From: an uncultured Rickettsiales bacterium
GTDB lineage: Bacteria > Pseudomonadota > Alphaproteobacteria > Rickettsiales > SXRF01
Assembly (NCBI GenBank): GCA_964535825.1
Contig: CAZHUC010000002.1
Span: 74,671 to 138,670 of the forward strand
Direction: 5' to 3'
DNA: 64,000 nucleotides
The notes under the pieces are model-generated. The model was not told the origin of the DNA, ran no database searches, and saw nothing but the letters and a program-made list of their open reading frames with translations. The stretch's first letter is position 1; every line of letters begins with the position of its first letter. Positions 54,683 to 64,000 of this stretch are shown piece after piece. Both the position numbers and the translations under genes were made by a program.

Positions 54683-56124
54683 TTTGTAGTAACGCGTGTA
54701 GTTATCCATGTACGGCACTGCGCACTAGGCAATACCGCTGCCATCAATAACACTACTCCCATAACTATCGCAACCGCAAGCCCCGTAATAGGCAATATAT
54801 CCAGCTGCCTGAATAGCCACGCAAGCGGTACATAGGCAAGTATCACCACCAATATCATGGCCATGCCATCACGTCCCAATACGGACTGTGTCAATGCGTT
54901 ATCTCTCCTTGCCAACACGCTGTACAATATGAACGGCATTGATTGCACGATAGCAAATCCTGTCATTACACCGGCGATACCGTAATGCTGCTGTGCAATC
55001 CACAGCACCGGGACTATCAATACGGCCTGAATGACCGATACAATCAGTGGTGTGCGTGTCTGTTTCTGCGAAAAATAGAATTGTTGCCAGAGCGTTGTCG
55101 TCACCATGCCCGGTAGCGCCCATATGCCTATCGCCAGCATGTTTCCTACTGACTGCACATCATCGGCTGACATTGCACCATACGCAAAACACAGCATGGC
55201 AATGTGCTGGCTGGCAAGCATAACACACAAGCTGATCGACAGTGAAACTACAAGACCAAGCTGGAAAGCAAGCGGTATGGATTGTTGCAGCACGCCCTCT
55301 TTGTTCAATCGCACGAACCATTGCAGACAGACCATCTGTATCACGGTTGCGATCAACATCGCAGGCAACAATACCAGCTTGAACGCATAATTAAATAATG
55401 CCACCCCGGAGGCTGATAGCGCAAGCACCGCATAGGGTGCGTATTGCGGAACGATACCAAAGAATCCAGTGCACACGGTGGAAGTATAGTTCTTCAGCAC
55501 ATCGCGTGTGAGCTGCCGAGATCGGGTATCCGATAACACAAGGTCACGACCAAGCACGACGCCAATAACATGCACGCCAAGGCGCAGGCTTGCCGCAAGA
55601 AAAATAACTACGCCAAGCATGTGAATCCCACTCGCGATCAGCCATAAGCCGAGCACAACGACTGCATTAAAAATTGCATTCGAGAATGCCGGTATGCGTA
55701 AGCGATCTTTGTATTGTAGCCACGCCACGCACACGGCATTGGCTGCACTCAGTGGCAATGATGCCATCGCCATAAGCAATGCAAAATATTGCTCGGGATA
55801 TACTGCCTGCAACTGCCAGAAAGCCAGTATCGCTGCGATGGATGCCACACATACACTTGCAGCCATGCTCTGGAAGAACAAGGCTGACGCTTCTTGCTGG
55901 TTTCGACTGGAAAACGCCGGCACAAGTGTGGCACTGGCAGCGCTGCCAATAAGCAACATGGTGATAAAATCCGGGATGATGAGCAGGCCAATGGCCATAT
56001 CAGCATCTGTGCCCGAGCCAAAATTAGCAGCAACCAATGCTTCTCTAAGCAGTCCAAGCACCCTGCCGGTCACCATACCGAGTGTGATCAGCAATCCTGC
56101 AGAAAATAAGCGACGCATGTTCAT
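54679..56124 (-). CDS. murJ: MurJ/MviN-family (MOP superfamily) flippase
   Basis: The translation LITLGMVTGRVLGLLREALVAANFGSGTDADMAIGLLIIPDF is followed by about 14 TM segments. The product is 481 aa. Confidence 0.8.
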   Translation of the reverse strand: MNMRRLFSAGLLITLGMVTGRVLGLLREALVAANFGSGTDADMAIGLLIIPDFITMLLIGSAASATLVPAFSSRNQQEASALFFQSMAASVCVASIAAILAFWQLQAVYPEQYFALLMAMASLPLSAANAVCVAWLQYKDRLRIPAFSNAIFNAVVVLGLWLIASGIHMLGVVIFLAASLRLGVHVIGVVLGRDLVLSDTRSRQLTRDVLKNYTSTVCTGFFGIVPQYAPYAVLALSASGVALFNYAFKLVLLPAMLIATVIQMVCLQWFVRLNKEGVLQQSIPLAFQLGLVVSLSISLCVMLASQHIAMLCFAYGAMSADDVQSVGNMLAIGIWALPGMVTTTLWQQFYFSQKQTRTPLIVSVIQAVLIVPVLWIAQQHYGIAGVMTGFAIVQSMPFILYSVLARRDNALTQSVLGRDGMAMILVVILAYVPLAWLFRQLDILPITGLAVAIVMGVVLLMAAVLPSAQCRTWITTRVTTK

Positions 56125-56157
56125 GCGCCGAAATTACACGGAAACGTACTGAAAAAT

Positions 56158-56676
56158 CTAGTCAAATACTTCGTTCGGGTAGACGCCCCAGAGCAGCGCT
56201 TTCTCGATCCAGCCCTTTCGGCCGCTCACCTGCACGCGACACCAGGCGACCTCACACTCCATCACATCGGCGATGACCATAGGTTCTGCCTTGATGATAG
56301 GCCGTGCATTCTTCTCAGGATTTGCCCTGATGGTCTGGGCCTCTTTGCCACGAACAAAGGCACGTCTTGAGCCTTCAAGCATGCTTTTATGTACCCAGCC
56401 GCTCGTGCCATCCATGTCACGGATCTTGCGCCACAGATCAAATTCTTCGATGATCTCGACCGGCAGGCCATCGCGCCGGTATACCCACAGGATAGGATAA
56501 CGCGTGCCCGGCCCGGTACGCACATTCACTTCATCGGATTTTAGAGCCACAAATCTCGGCACAGGCAAGCCTGTTGATGCTCCTGTGGCAGTTTCAGCAA
56601 CCGCCAGTGTCGGAACATGATATAAAAAAAGCAGTATACCAATTATTTTTCTTGATCTTTCCAACATACCTAACAC
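56158..56676 (-). CDS. exported bacterial SH3-domain protein (DUF1058-like)
   Basis: A signal peptide is followed by VNVRTGPGTRYPILWVYRRDGLPVEIIEEFDLWRKIRDMDGTSGWVH. Confidence 0.8.
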   Translation of the reverse strand: MLGMLERSRKIIGILLFLYHVPTLAVAETATGASTGLPVPRFVALKSDEVNVRTGPGTRYPILWVYRRDGLPVEIIEEFDLWRKIRDMDGTSGWVHKSMLEGSRRAFVRGKEAQTIRANPEKNARPIIKAEPMVIADVMECEVAWCRVQVSGRKGWIEKALLWGVYPNEVFD

Positions 56677-56709
56677 CTAAACCCTGCAGAATTTTTATGC
56701 AAGGATTCT

Positions 56710-57501
56710 TTAGTGTTTAGAGCAGATTGGACAGGCAGGATCTTTTGGCAATGCAGCAATGTTGATGGTTGATGTAAGCATATCCATCCTCAGGATTTTT
56801 CCCGACAGCGACTCTCCTATGCCAAGCAATTCCTTGATCACCTCGAGCGCCTGCTGGCTTCCTATCATGCCTGCCAGTGGGCCGATAATACCTTCCTGCG
56901 CACAATTTCGTTCAAGGTCTGGTTTGTCTGGAATGAAGCATTGATAACATGGGTGCGGCGCACCAAGATGCGCTTTGAATGTAGATATCTGTGCTGAGAA
57001 TCCAGATATTGCAGCAGATACAAGTGTTTTACGTTCCGCTACACAGGCTGCATTCACGGCAAATCGCGTATCAAAATTATCACTGCCATCGACCACGATG
57101 TCGTAAGGTTTGATAAGTGTGCGTGCATTATCCTGTGCAAGTTTCTCAGGGAATATATCCAGCCTACAGGCAGGATTCACCTCACTAAGCCGGTCACGTA
57201 CCGCTTCCACTTTGAGGCGGCCAATATCGCCTTCTTCGAACAGCACCTGCCGCTGTAAATTGGAAAGTTCCACGCGGTCATGTTCCACCACACCAATGCG
57301 GCCAATACCGCTAGCTGCAAGGTATGCGATGGCACTGCTGCCAAGTCCACCCGCACCAACTACCAGTACAGATGACGCCAGCAACTTCTGCTGCCCCGCC
57401 TCACCTATTTCCGGAAGCACGATATGGCGGGCATAGCGCCTTAGGTTGGAATCGTTCACACTACTCCGCGAACAAAGCGGTAGAGATATAACGTTCGGCA
57501 C
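56710..57501 (-). CDS. HesA/MoeB/ThiF-family adenylyltransferase
   Basis: RYARHIVLPEIGEAGQQKL...VVGAGGLGS and the Zn CxxC pairs (CYQC, CPIC) are present. The alternative GTG start 57459 removes the 41-nt overlap with cysK. Confidence 0.85.
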   Translation of the reverse strand: MPNVISLPLCSRSSVNDSNLRRYARHIVLPEIGEAGQQKLLASSVLVVGAGGLGSSAIAYLAASGIGRIGVVEHDRVELSNLQRQVLFEEGDIGRLKVEAVRDRLSEVNPACRLDIFPEKLAQDNARTLIKPYDIVVDGSDNFDTRFAVNAACVAERKTLVSAAISGFSAQISTFKAHLGAPHPCYQCFIPDKPDLERNCAQEGIIGPLAGMIGSQQALEVIKELLGIGESLSGKILRMDMLTSTINIAALPKDPACPICSKH

Positions 57502-58423
57502 ATGATGCCAAGATAACTACGATCATTTTGCCTTTCATCTCCGGACGTGCGCCCACTTCCAGCGCAGCCGCAAGTGTTGCACCGGAGGAAATACCAATAG
57601 GAAGCCCTTCAAGTTTGGCAGCTTGCCGCGCGGTTTCAAATGCTGTTTCATTGCCGATGGTGATCACTTCATCGATCATGCTGCGATCTAAAATATCAGG
57701 CACGAACCCTGCACCTATGCCCTGGATCTTGTGTGGGCCGGGCGCGCCACCGGAGAGCACCGGTGAATCTTCCGGCTCAACCGCCATTACTTTGATGGCG
57801 GCATTCTTCTGCTTCAGGCCTTTTCCCGTGCCTGTAAGTGTTCCGCCTGTGCCGACGCCCGTGATGAACACATCCACTTTACCAGCTGTATCCTTCCAAA
57901 TTTCCTCAGCCGTAGTGCGAATGTGCATGGCAGGATTTGCCGCATTCTTGAATTGCTGCAGCATGATTGCTTTAGGATTTTCCGCCAGAATTTCTTCAGC
58001 GCGTTCGATAGAGCCGCGCATACCTTTGGCAGCGGGTGTCAACTCCAGTTCTGCACCCAAGAATTTAAGCATTTTCCGACGCTCCATCGACATACTTTCC
58101 GGCATGGTAAGTATCAGGCGGTAGCCCTTGGAGGCACACACATACGCCAGTGCGATACCGGTATTTCCTGAAGTAGGTTCTACCAGCACGGTATCTGGTT
58201 TGATCGCACCCGCAGCTTCCGCAGCTTCCACCATGGATAGTGCAATACGATCTTTTACTGAAGAAAGTGGATTAAAGAATTCCGCTTTCACCAGCACATC
58301 AGCCACGCAACCTGCCTCCTTCGCCATGCGCCCTAAACGAATAATTGGCGTATTGCCCACGGTCTCCAGAATATTGTCGTAAATGCGTCCGCGGCCGGGA
58401 GTATCAAGTTTGGTCTGAGTCAT
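57461..58423 (-). CDS. cysK: cysteine synthase A (O-acetylserine sulfhydrylase)
   Basis: GNTPIIRL...KAEFFNPLSSVKDR...TSGNTGIALA are the family motifs. Confidence 0.92.
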   Translation of the reverse strand: MTQTKLDTPGRGRIYDNILETVGNTPIIRLGRMAKEAGCVADVLVKAEFFNPLSSVKDRIALSMVEAAEAAGAIKPDTVLVEPTSGNTGIALAYVCASKGYRLILTMPESMSMERRKMLKFLGAELELTPAAKGMRGSIERAEEILAENPKAIMLQQFKNAANPAMHIRTTAEEIWKDTAGKVDVFITGVGTGGTLTGTGKGLKQKNAAIKVMAVEPEDSPVLSGGAPGPHKIQGIGAGFVPDILDRSMIDEVITIGNETAFETARQAAKLEGLPIGISSGATLAAALEVGARPEMKGKMIVVILASCAERYISTALFAE

Positions 58424-58443
58424 AATCTATCCTTTCATTATTG

Positions 58444-58896
58444 CTATATTGCAAAATCCATGCGTTCTTCTGAAGCCTTTTTGATATTTTTCTTGAGCGC
58501 CTGCTCACATAACTCCGCGAGGCTTACCTGCTTCAGGTGATCCATCATCTGCGCTTGTGCGGCATCCCACACAGGCTGCACGATCTGGCGGCCAAGCGGT
58601 GTGCCCGCCACGTCATCCTGCTGGTCTTCGTCTTTATCAAGTACCAGCACATCACAGATATCACCAACGGTCACGCGCCGGCGCTCCCGCGCCAATACAT
58701 ACCCGCCATTCGGGCCGCGCACACCACGCAATATTCCGGCACGCACCAGCTTCTGCATCAGTTGTTCCAGATAACGCGGCGGCAAGCCCTGCTTCGCTGC
58801 AATATCACGGCTGCTGATCGGGCCAGCACCTGTGTTATAGGCGATGTAAAGTACCGCCTCAACCGCATAGAATAATTTTTTAGATGGACTGAACAT
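58444..58896 (-). CDS. Rrf2-family transcriptional regulator
   Basis: The translation reads YAVEAVLYIAYNTGAGPISSRDIAAKQGLPPRYLEQLMQKLVRAGILRGVRGPNGGYVLA. No three-Cys cluster is evident. Confidence 0.85.
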   Translation of the reverse strand: MFSPSKKLFYAVEAVLYIAYNTGAGPISSRDIAAKQGLPPRYLEQLMQKLVRAGILRGVRGPNGGYVLARERRRVTVGDICDVLVLDKDEDQQDDVAGTPLGRQIVQPVWDAAQAQMMDHLKQVSLAELCEQALKKNIKKASEERMDFAI

Positions 58897-58899
58897 AGG

Positions 58900-59373
58900 T
58901 TACGCTGTCTCTACTTTCTTTGCATGTGTGCCGGTTGAACCAAAGCCCGCATCACTGCGTTTGGTATCTTCGAGCACTTCAACTTTTTGCCACTTCGCCT
59001 GCGACACAGGGGTGATCACCATCTGCGCCACACGCATGCCACGCGTTACAGTGAATGGTTCATCGCCAAGATTTATGAGCAGCACTTTTATCTCACCGCG
59101 ATAATCAGAATCGATCGTACCCGGCGCATTTACCACGGAGATACCGTGTTTGAATGCAAGGCCGGAACGCGGACGTATCTGCGCTTCGTATCCTTCTGGC
59201 AACGCGATCGCGATGCCTGTTGGGATGAGCTGACGTTCCATTGAACCCATTACAATTTCACTGCTTACCGCAGCAAGCAGATCGCAGCCTGCACTGCCCG
59301 CGGTTGCATATTCCGGCAGTGCCAGATCATCACCGTGTGGAAGTTGGGTAATTTTTATATCTATCTGTGTCAT
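58900..59373 (-). CDS. dut: dUTP diphosphatase
   Basis: The translation reads RSGLAFKHGISVVNAPGTIDSDYRGEI...GFGSTG. Confidence 0.92.
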   Translation of the reverse strand: MTQIDIKITQLPHGDDLALPEYATAGSAGCDLLAAVSSEIVMGSMERQLIPTGIAIALPEGYEAQIRPRSGLAFKHGISVVNAPGTIDSDYRGEIKVLLINLGDEPFTVTRGMRVAQMVITPVSQAKWQKVEVLEDTKRSDAGFGSTGTHAKKVETA

Positions 59374-59383
59374 GATATCTTCC

Positions 59384-60598
59384 TTATTTTGCTTTTTTTA
59401 TCGTTGCAGGTTTGAATGTTGAAATGACGTATTGAATTAGTTTTCTTGCGACTTCGTCTTTGCTCATCACTGGCCATGTTTCAGATTTCTTCTGAGTAAC
59501 GAAGAGTATCGTATTCTTGTCATCACCGAATACTTTTCCATCTGACACATCATTGGCAAGCAGCCAGTCGCAGCCTTTTTTCTTGAGTTTGGCCTGCGCG
59601 TTCTTGAGCAGATGCTCTGTCTCGGCTGCAAAGCCGATGACGAGTTTCGGGCGTTTTTTTGCGTGAGACAAACGAAACAGGATGTCAGGATTTTCTACCA
59701 GTTCCAATTTCGGCATTTTTGTTTTTGCGGTTTTCTTTATTTTTTGCGTGGCCGGTTTTTTCACGCGCCAGTCAGCAACCGCCGCCGTGCACACCGCAAT
59801 ATCCGCAGGAAGTGATTTCTCACAGGCTGCAAGCATGTCTGCGGCGGAGTCCACGCGCACGAGTTTTACACCCATGGGTGCAGCCAGCGCTACAGGTCCG
59901 CTTATAAGTGTAACATCGGCACCAGCACTTGAGAATGCTGCCGCGATCGCATAGCCCTGCTTACCCGATGAACGATTGCCGATGAACCGTACCGGATCGA
60001 TCGCCTCATAGGTTGGCCCTGCGGTTATCAGTACTTTCTTTCCGGAGAAGGCCTGCTTCACCTGCAGGTGCTGCTCAATGACAGCCACAATATCGTCGGG
60101 CTCAGCCATGCGCCCTGCGCCCACTTCACCGCAGGCAAGCAAGCCTTCACGCGGCTCAATGATCTCTGCACCATCCGCAACGATCTGCGCCACATTGCGC
60201 TGCGTCGCCGGATGCACCCACATATAGGTGTTCATGGCAGGTGCTACGATAAGTTTCTGGTTATTGGCAAGCAGTGTGGCTGTCGCCATATCATCAGAGA
60301 TACCCTGCGCCATTTTTGCAATGATGTTCGCTGTTGCCGGTGCAACGAGAATGAGCTCTGCCTCGCGCGAGAAATGAATGTGCCACATATCGCGCATTTC
60401 ATCGTCTGCGAACAGATCGGTGGAAACAGGATGGCCGGAAAGTTTTTCGATCTCGTCGAGTAAAACGAATTTCTGCGCACCTTCAGTCATGATACAGCGC
60501 ACATCGATTTTCTTCGCACGCAGCTTACGGATAAGATCCGGCGTTTTGATAGCGGCTATAGAGCCAGTGATGATAAGTACGATGTTTTTCGCGCCCAT
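59384..60598 (-). CDS. coaBC: bifunctional phosphopantothenoylcysteine decarboxylase / phosphopantothenate-cysteine ligase
   Basis: KNIVLIITGSIAAIKTPDLIRKL is the flavoprotein domain, and the CoaB domain has ITAGPTYEAIDPVRFIGNRSSGKQG. Confidence 0.92.
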   Translation of the reverse strand: MGAKNIVLIITGSIAAIKTPDLIRKLRAKKIDVRCIMTEGAQKFVLLDEIEKLSGHPVSTDLFADDEMRDMWHIHFSREAELILVAPATANIIAKMAQGISDDMATATLLANNQKLIVAPAMNTYMWVHPATQRNVAQIVADGAEIIEPREGLLACGEVGAGRMAEPDDIVAVIEQHLQVKQAFSGKKVLITAGPTYEAIDPVRFIGNRSSGKQGYAIAAAFSSAGADVTLISGPVALAAPMGVKLVRVDSAADMLAACEKSLPADIAVCTAAVADWRVKKPATQKIKKTAKTKMPKLELVENPDILFRLSHAKKRPKLVIGFAAETEHLLKNAQAKLKKKGCDWLLANDVSDGKVFGDDKNTILFVTQKKSETWPVMSKDEVARKLIQYVISTFKPATIKKAK

Positions 60599-60672
60599 AT
60601 GTATAATCGATAATTATACGCACATATTTTGTTGTTTTGAAAAATAACGCAAATATTTTGTATATACAAGTA

Positions 60673-63312
60673 TTATACGAGTGACTTTAATTTATAAATA
60701 ATATCAAGAGCTTGCTTTGGCGATAAACTATCCGGCTGGAGGGCGGCTAATTCCTCCCGAAGCGCATCTGAGGCCGCATTTTGTTGCTCAGCCGGCGTAG
60801 TAAAGGCAAAAAGCGGCAAGCTTGCCGAGGCTTTTCCACCTGCGGCCTGCTTGGCCTGTAATTCTTGTAAAATATCGGCGGCACGCCCGATGACCGTTGA
60901 AGGAATTCCCGCCAATTTTGCCACATGAATACCATAAGAACGATCAGCAGCACCCTCCGCTACCTGATGCAGGAACACAAGATCACCTTTCCACTCTTTC
61001 ACCTTCATGCTGTAACACGCGAGTGACGGGAGGCTTTCGGTAAGGCTGGTGAGTTCGTGATAATGCGTGGCAAACAGCGTGCGGCATTTGGTGTGGTTAT
61101 GCAGATGTTCCATCACCGCCCATGCGATCGAAAGACCATCGAACGTTGCCGTACCGCGACCAATCTCATCAAGGATAACCAGCGAACGCGCACCGGCTTG
61201 CTGCAATATCGTTGCGGTTTCTACCATCTCCACCATGAAGGTGGAGCGTCCTCGCGCCAGATCATCCGCTGCACCCACGCGCGAGAATAAACTATTCACC
61301 ACACCTATATGCGCAGACTCTGCCGGCACAAAAGAACCCATCTGCGCGAGTATGGCGATCAGTGCGTTCTGCCGCAGGAAGGTTGATTTACCCGCCATGT
61401 TCGGGCCGGTGAGCAACCACACGCGCTGTGCATCTGCGAGGTTACAATCATTCCCAATGAATTTCTCGCCCTGCTTTTTAAGGCTCGCCTCCACCACCGG
61501 GTGTCTGCCGCCTGCGATCTCGAAACTCAGGCTTTCGTCAATGACCGGCCGCACATAGCGATGCTGCATCGCAAGTTCAGACAATGCCGCGAACACATCG
61601 ATCTGTGCCAATGCGCGCGCTGTTTCTTTAATTGCTTGCTCAGCCTGCATAACTTTTTCTACAAGCTCTGCAAAAAGCTCCAACTCAAGTTTTAATGCTT
61701 TATCGGCCGCTTCGCTGATCTTGCGTTCCAGCTCGGAAAGCTCCACCGTTGTGTAACGCAGATTATTCGCAAGCGTCTGGCGATGGATGAAATCCGTGCT
61801 TACCTTGCTTTGATGTGTTTGTGTTATTTCGATGTAATAGCCAAGCACATTATTGAAACGGATCTTGAGCGTGTTGATGCCCGTACCATCGATATATTTC
61901 TGCTGAAGCGCAACAATGAGTCGTTTGCTTTCATCACGCAGCGTGCGCAGTTCATCTAGTGCTGGTGAAAAATTTTCTGCAATGAAATTTCCATCACGCG
62001 CGAACAAGCCTGCATCTTCTTTGATCGCAGCAGTAAGTGTTTCTATCAATGATTCATGGCCACCAAGAGCATTGCGCAATACGGCAAGGCTATCTGTTAT
62101 CTCCGGTTGCTCCTGTCGCTCCAGCAGTACGCGTACATGGTGTGCTGCCTTCAGTGATGCTGCGATGGAAAGCACATCACGCGGGCCACCACGCAACATG
62201 GCAATGCGGGAAAGTGCGCGCTCGGCATCGGGAACGGATTTCAGGAAATGGCGAATGCTCGCGCGCAAATCAGACGCTGCCATGAAATACGCCACATTAT
62301 CCTGCCGTGCCTGTATCTCTTTCACATCGGTCAGTGGCGAGGCAAGCCATGAGGCCAGCAAGCGTGCTGCCGGTGCGGTCACTGTATGGTCAATGACCGA
62401 AAATAAGCTGCCACGTTTCTCACCGGAAAGCGTCTGCATGATCTCCAGATTGCGCAGACTCGCCGCATCGATCTGCATATGGTCACCTGCTTTTTGCAGG
62501 CGCGGCGCATCAAGATGCGGCAGTGAATCTTTCTGTGTGATCCTGATGTAATCGACCAGTGCACTGGCTGCTGCGAGCATGGCAGGGTTGATTTCACCGA
62601 ATGCTTCCAGTGAAGTTACCGCATACATCTCTTTCAACGCACGCTCACCACGGCGCGCATCGAACACGCTGGCAGGCTGGATAGTAAGGCTTTGCCTGAA
62701 ATCATCAGCGATGTGTTTGAAGCCCGGCGCATCAGCAAGCGTATCCGGCAACAATATTTCCTTCGGGGCAAGCCGTGCCAGCTCAGAAGCAATATGTGCA
62801 AGCTCCACAGGCGACATGCGGAACTCACCGGTTGAGATATCGATCCAGCTTAAAGCAAATACGCCTTCCGCTTGCGAAACAGCCACCAGAAAATTCGACG
62901 TGCGCGCATCCAGCAGGGAATCTTCCGTGAGTGTGCCGGGGGTAACGATACGCACCACATCACGCGATACCACCGCCTTATAGCCACGTTTTTTTGCTTC
63001 TTCCGGTGTTTCAAGCTGCTCACATACAGCAACCTTCTGACCCGAACGGATCAGTTTTTCCAGATAGTTATCGGCCGCGTGCACCGGCACACCGCACATA
63101 GGAATATCTTCACCGGCATGTTTGCCGCGTTTGGTGAGGGCAATGTCCAGAATGGCAGAGGCTTTTAAGGCATCATCAAAGAACAGCTCATAGAAATCCC
63201 CCATGCGGTAAAAGAGTAAATAATCCGCATGCTGGGCCTTGAGCTTCAGATATTGCTGCATGGCGGGCGTCGCCTGCTCAATTTCTTTTTCTAATACAGC
63301 CGCTTGCGCCAT
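60673..63312 (-). CDS. mutS: DNA mismatch repair protein MutS
   Basis: [34 protein letters not shown] and the Walker A motif [10 protein letters not shown] are present. Confidence 0.95.
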   Translation of the reverse strand: MAQAAVLEKEIEQATPAMQQYLKLKAQHADYLLFYRMGDFYELFFDDALKASAILDIALTKRGKHAGEDIPMCGVPVHAADNYLEKLIRSGQKVAVCEQLETPEEAKKRGYKAVVSRDVVRIVTPGTLTEDSLLDARTSNFLVAVSQAEGVFALSWIDISTGEFRMSPVELAHIASELARLAPKEILLPDTLADAPGFKHIADDFRQSLTIQPASVFDARRGERALKEMYAVTSLEAFGEINPAMLAAASALVDYIRITQKDSLPHLDAPRLQKAGDHMQIDAASLRNLEIMQTLSGEKRGSLFSVIDHTVTAPAARLLASWLASPLTDVKEIQARQDNVAYFMAASDLRASIRHFLKSVPDAERALSRIAMLRGGPRDVLSIAASLKAAHHVRVLLERQEQPEITDSLAVLRNALGGHESLIETLTAAIKEDAGLFARDGNFIAENFSPALDELRTLRDESKRLIVALQQKYIDGTGINTLKIRFNNVLGYYIEITQTHQSKVSTDFIHRQTLANNLRYTTVELSELERKISEAADKALKLELELFAELVEKVMQAEQAIKETARALAQIDVFAALSELAMQHRYVRPVIDESLSFEIAGGRHPVVEASLKKQGEKFIGNDCNLADAQRVWLLTGPNMAGKSTFLRQNALIAILAQMGSFVPAESAHIGVVNSLFSRVGAADDLARGRSTFMVEMVETATILQQAGARSLVILDEIGRGTATFDGLSIAWAVMEHLHNHTKCRTLFATHYHELTSLTESLPSLACYSMKVKEWKGDLVFLHQVAEGAADRSYGIHVAKLAGIPSTVIGRAADILQELQAKQAAGGKASASLPLFAFTTPAEQQNAASDALREELAALQPDSLSPKQALDIIYKLKSLV

Positions 63313-63402
63313 ATTTTTCCCGTCACAAAACCTTAATTATTAATTGGCCAAGCATTACTATAGTATGGTTTGAAATGTTTACAATGCAATCAAGAGAGTT
63401 TC

Positions 63403-64000
63403 ATGGCTAAAGAACATAATGATTTTGCTGCAGACGATACCCCGACAAATGAGATAGCGGCTAGCCATACAAGGCGTACCATGCCCTATTACATAGACCC
63501 GAGGGCCAATAGAGAGATCAGGGATGTGAATACACAAAGGCCAGCTGCCCCAGAACAACCCAAAGTTGAGCCCGTACAAATTCAGCCTATACAAAATGAG
63601 ACAACGCAGCCAGATGTGCCCGATGCACATGATAAGGGAGCGTCGGCTATACCGCTTGAGATTGGTGTGGAGCTACCTTCAGCTGCGCCTGAACAAGAAA
63701 AATGGACACCGAAGCTCAGAACGGTATCCGCAGAGGATGCCTTACAGATCATCAGCGACCAGCTTTCACAATTTTTCCCTCACCCAGATGGTACATATGT
63801 TCGTGACTACCAGATATTCACAACAGAATATAATCGTTCCACAAAATTATTCCTTGATGCAGGAATGAATATGGATGCGATCGCATTTCGTGCCAATATT
63901 GAGGGAGACACCGGAACCAAAGTACCAGGGCTTGATAAATGCACCACCCTCGGAGATGTAATGAAAATAAATTTGAGGGGCAAACCAGCCACGGTTACCC
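63403..64000 (+). CDS. hypothetical protein, N-terminal part (3' end outside the window)
   Basis: ATG 63403 opens a frame that I translated by hand to the window edge without a stop (MAKEHNDFAADDTPTNEIAASHTRR...PAAPEQPKVEPVQIQPIQNE...). It is absent from the supplied ORF track because it has no stop. It is divergent from mutS. Confidence 0.45.
   Translation, partial: MAKEHNDFAADDTPTNEIAASHTRRTMPYYIDPRANREIRDVNTQRPAAPEQPKVEPVQIQPIQNETTQPDVPDAHDKGASAIPLEIGVELPSAAPEQEKWTPKLRTVSAEDALQIISDQLSQFFPHPDGTYVRDYQIFTTEYNRSTKLFLDAGMNMDAIAFRANIEGDTGTKVPGLDKCTTLGDVMKINLRGKPATVT

Noticed and set aside
53892-54689. A 265-aa plus-strand ORF lies antisense to the aldolase-like gene.
   Set aside because: The translation is Ser/Ala/Pro/Arg-rich and low in complexity, with no recognisable motif. 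It sits exactly in the shadow of a well-supported minus-strand gene, so it is a typical antisense ORF.
57528-58124. A 198-aa plus-strand ORF lies opposite cysK, and a similar 211-aa ORF (61916-62551) lies opposite mutS.
   Set aside because: Both are antisense shadows of unambiguous housekeeping genes.

Overview
The gene content and synteny of this chromosomal segment look alphaproteobacterial. The evidence is the rplU-rpmA-obg-proB-proA-nadD-rsfS-rlmH and gpmI-envC-ctpA-yibQ-rppH arrays and the split gcvPA/gcvPB. I count about 70 protein genes and one tRNA-Leu(CAA). I saw no rRNA, CRISPR array, transposase, integrase or obvious defence cassette. Housekeeping blocks lie at 1-1812, 5285-6671, 9265-21785 and 56158-63312. 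Five parts are unusual. (i) An orphan lipoprotein secretin sits in a three-gene operon with an ABC-2-like permease and a helical protein (1813-5204), with no pilus, T2SS or ATPase partners. (ii) A small AT-rich insert lies beside tRNA-Leu (6672-7842), with a duplicated tRNA 3' end and one orphan membrane/coiled-coil gene. (iii) An Hpt / receiver-PP2C / RsbW-like kinase / STAS partner-switching module (21888-24360) has no sigma factor nearby. (iv) A very compact operon gcvPA-gcvPB-AsnB-like-GlnT-like-Met-rich exported protein (25427-31901) converges on an exported MsrA, and no gcvT or gcvH is in the window. (v) A surface-glycan locus of about 24 kb (32016-56124) is built around a legionaminic-acid-type nonulosonic-acid cassette. 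It carries acetamidino, O-acyl and methyl decoration genes and a FemAB-like gene where a NeuD/LegH-type acetyltransferase is expected. It also carries a polytopic-membrane/NHL-repeat fusion, an HpcH-type aldolase plus oxidoreductase pair and a MurJ-like flippase. All functional calls come from reading the translations and recalling family motifs. No database search was run, so family names are hypotheses with the stated confidence.
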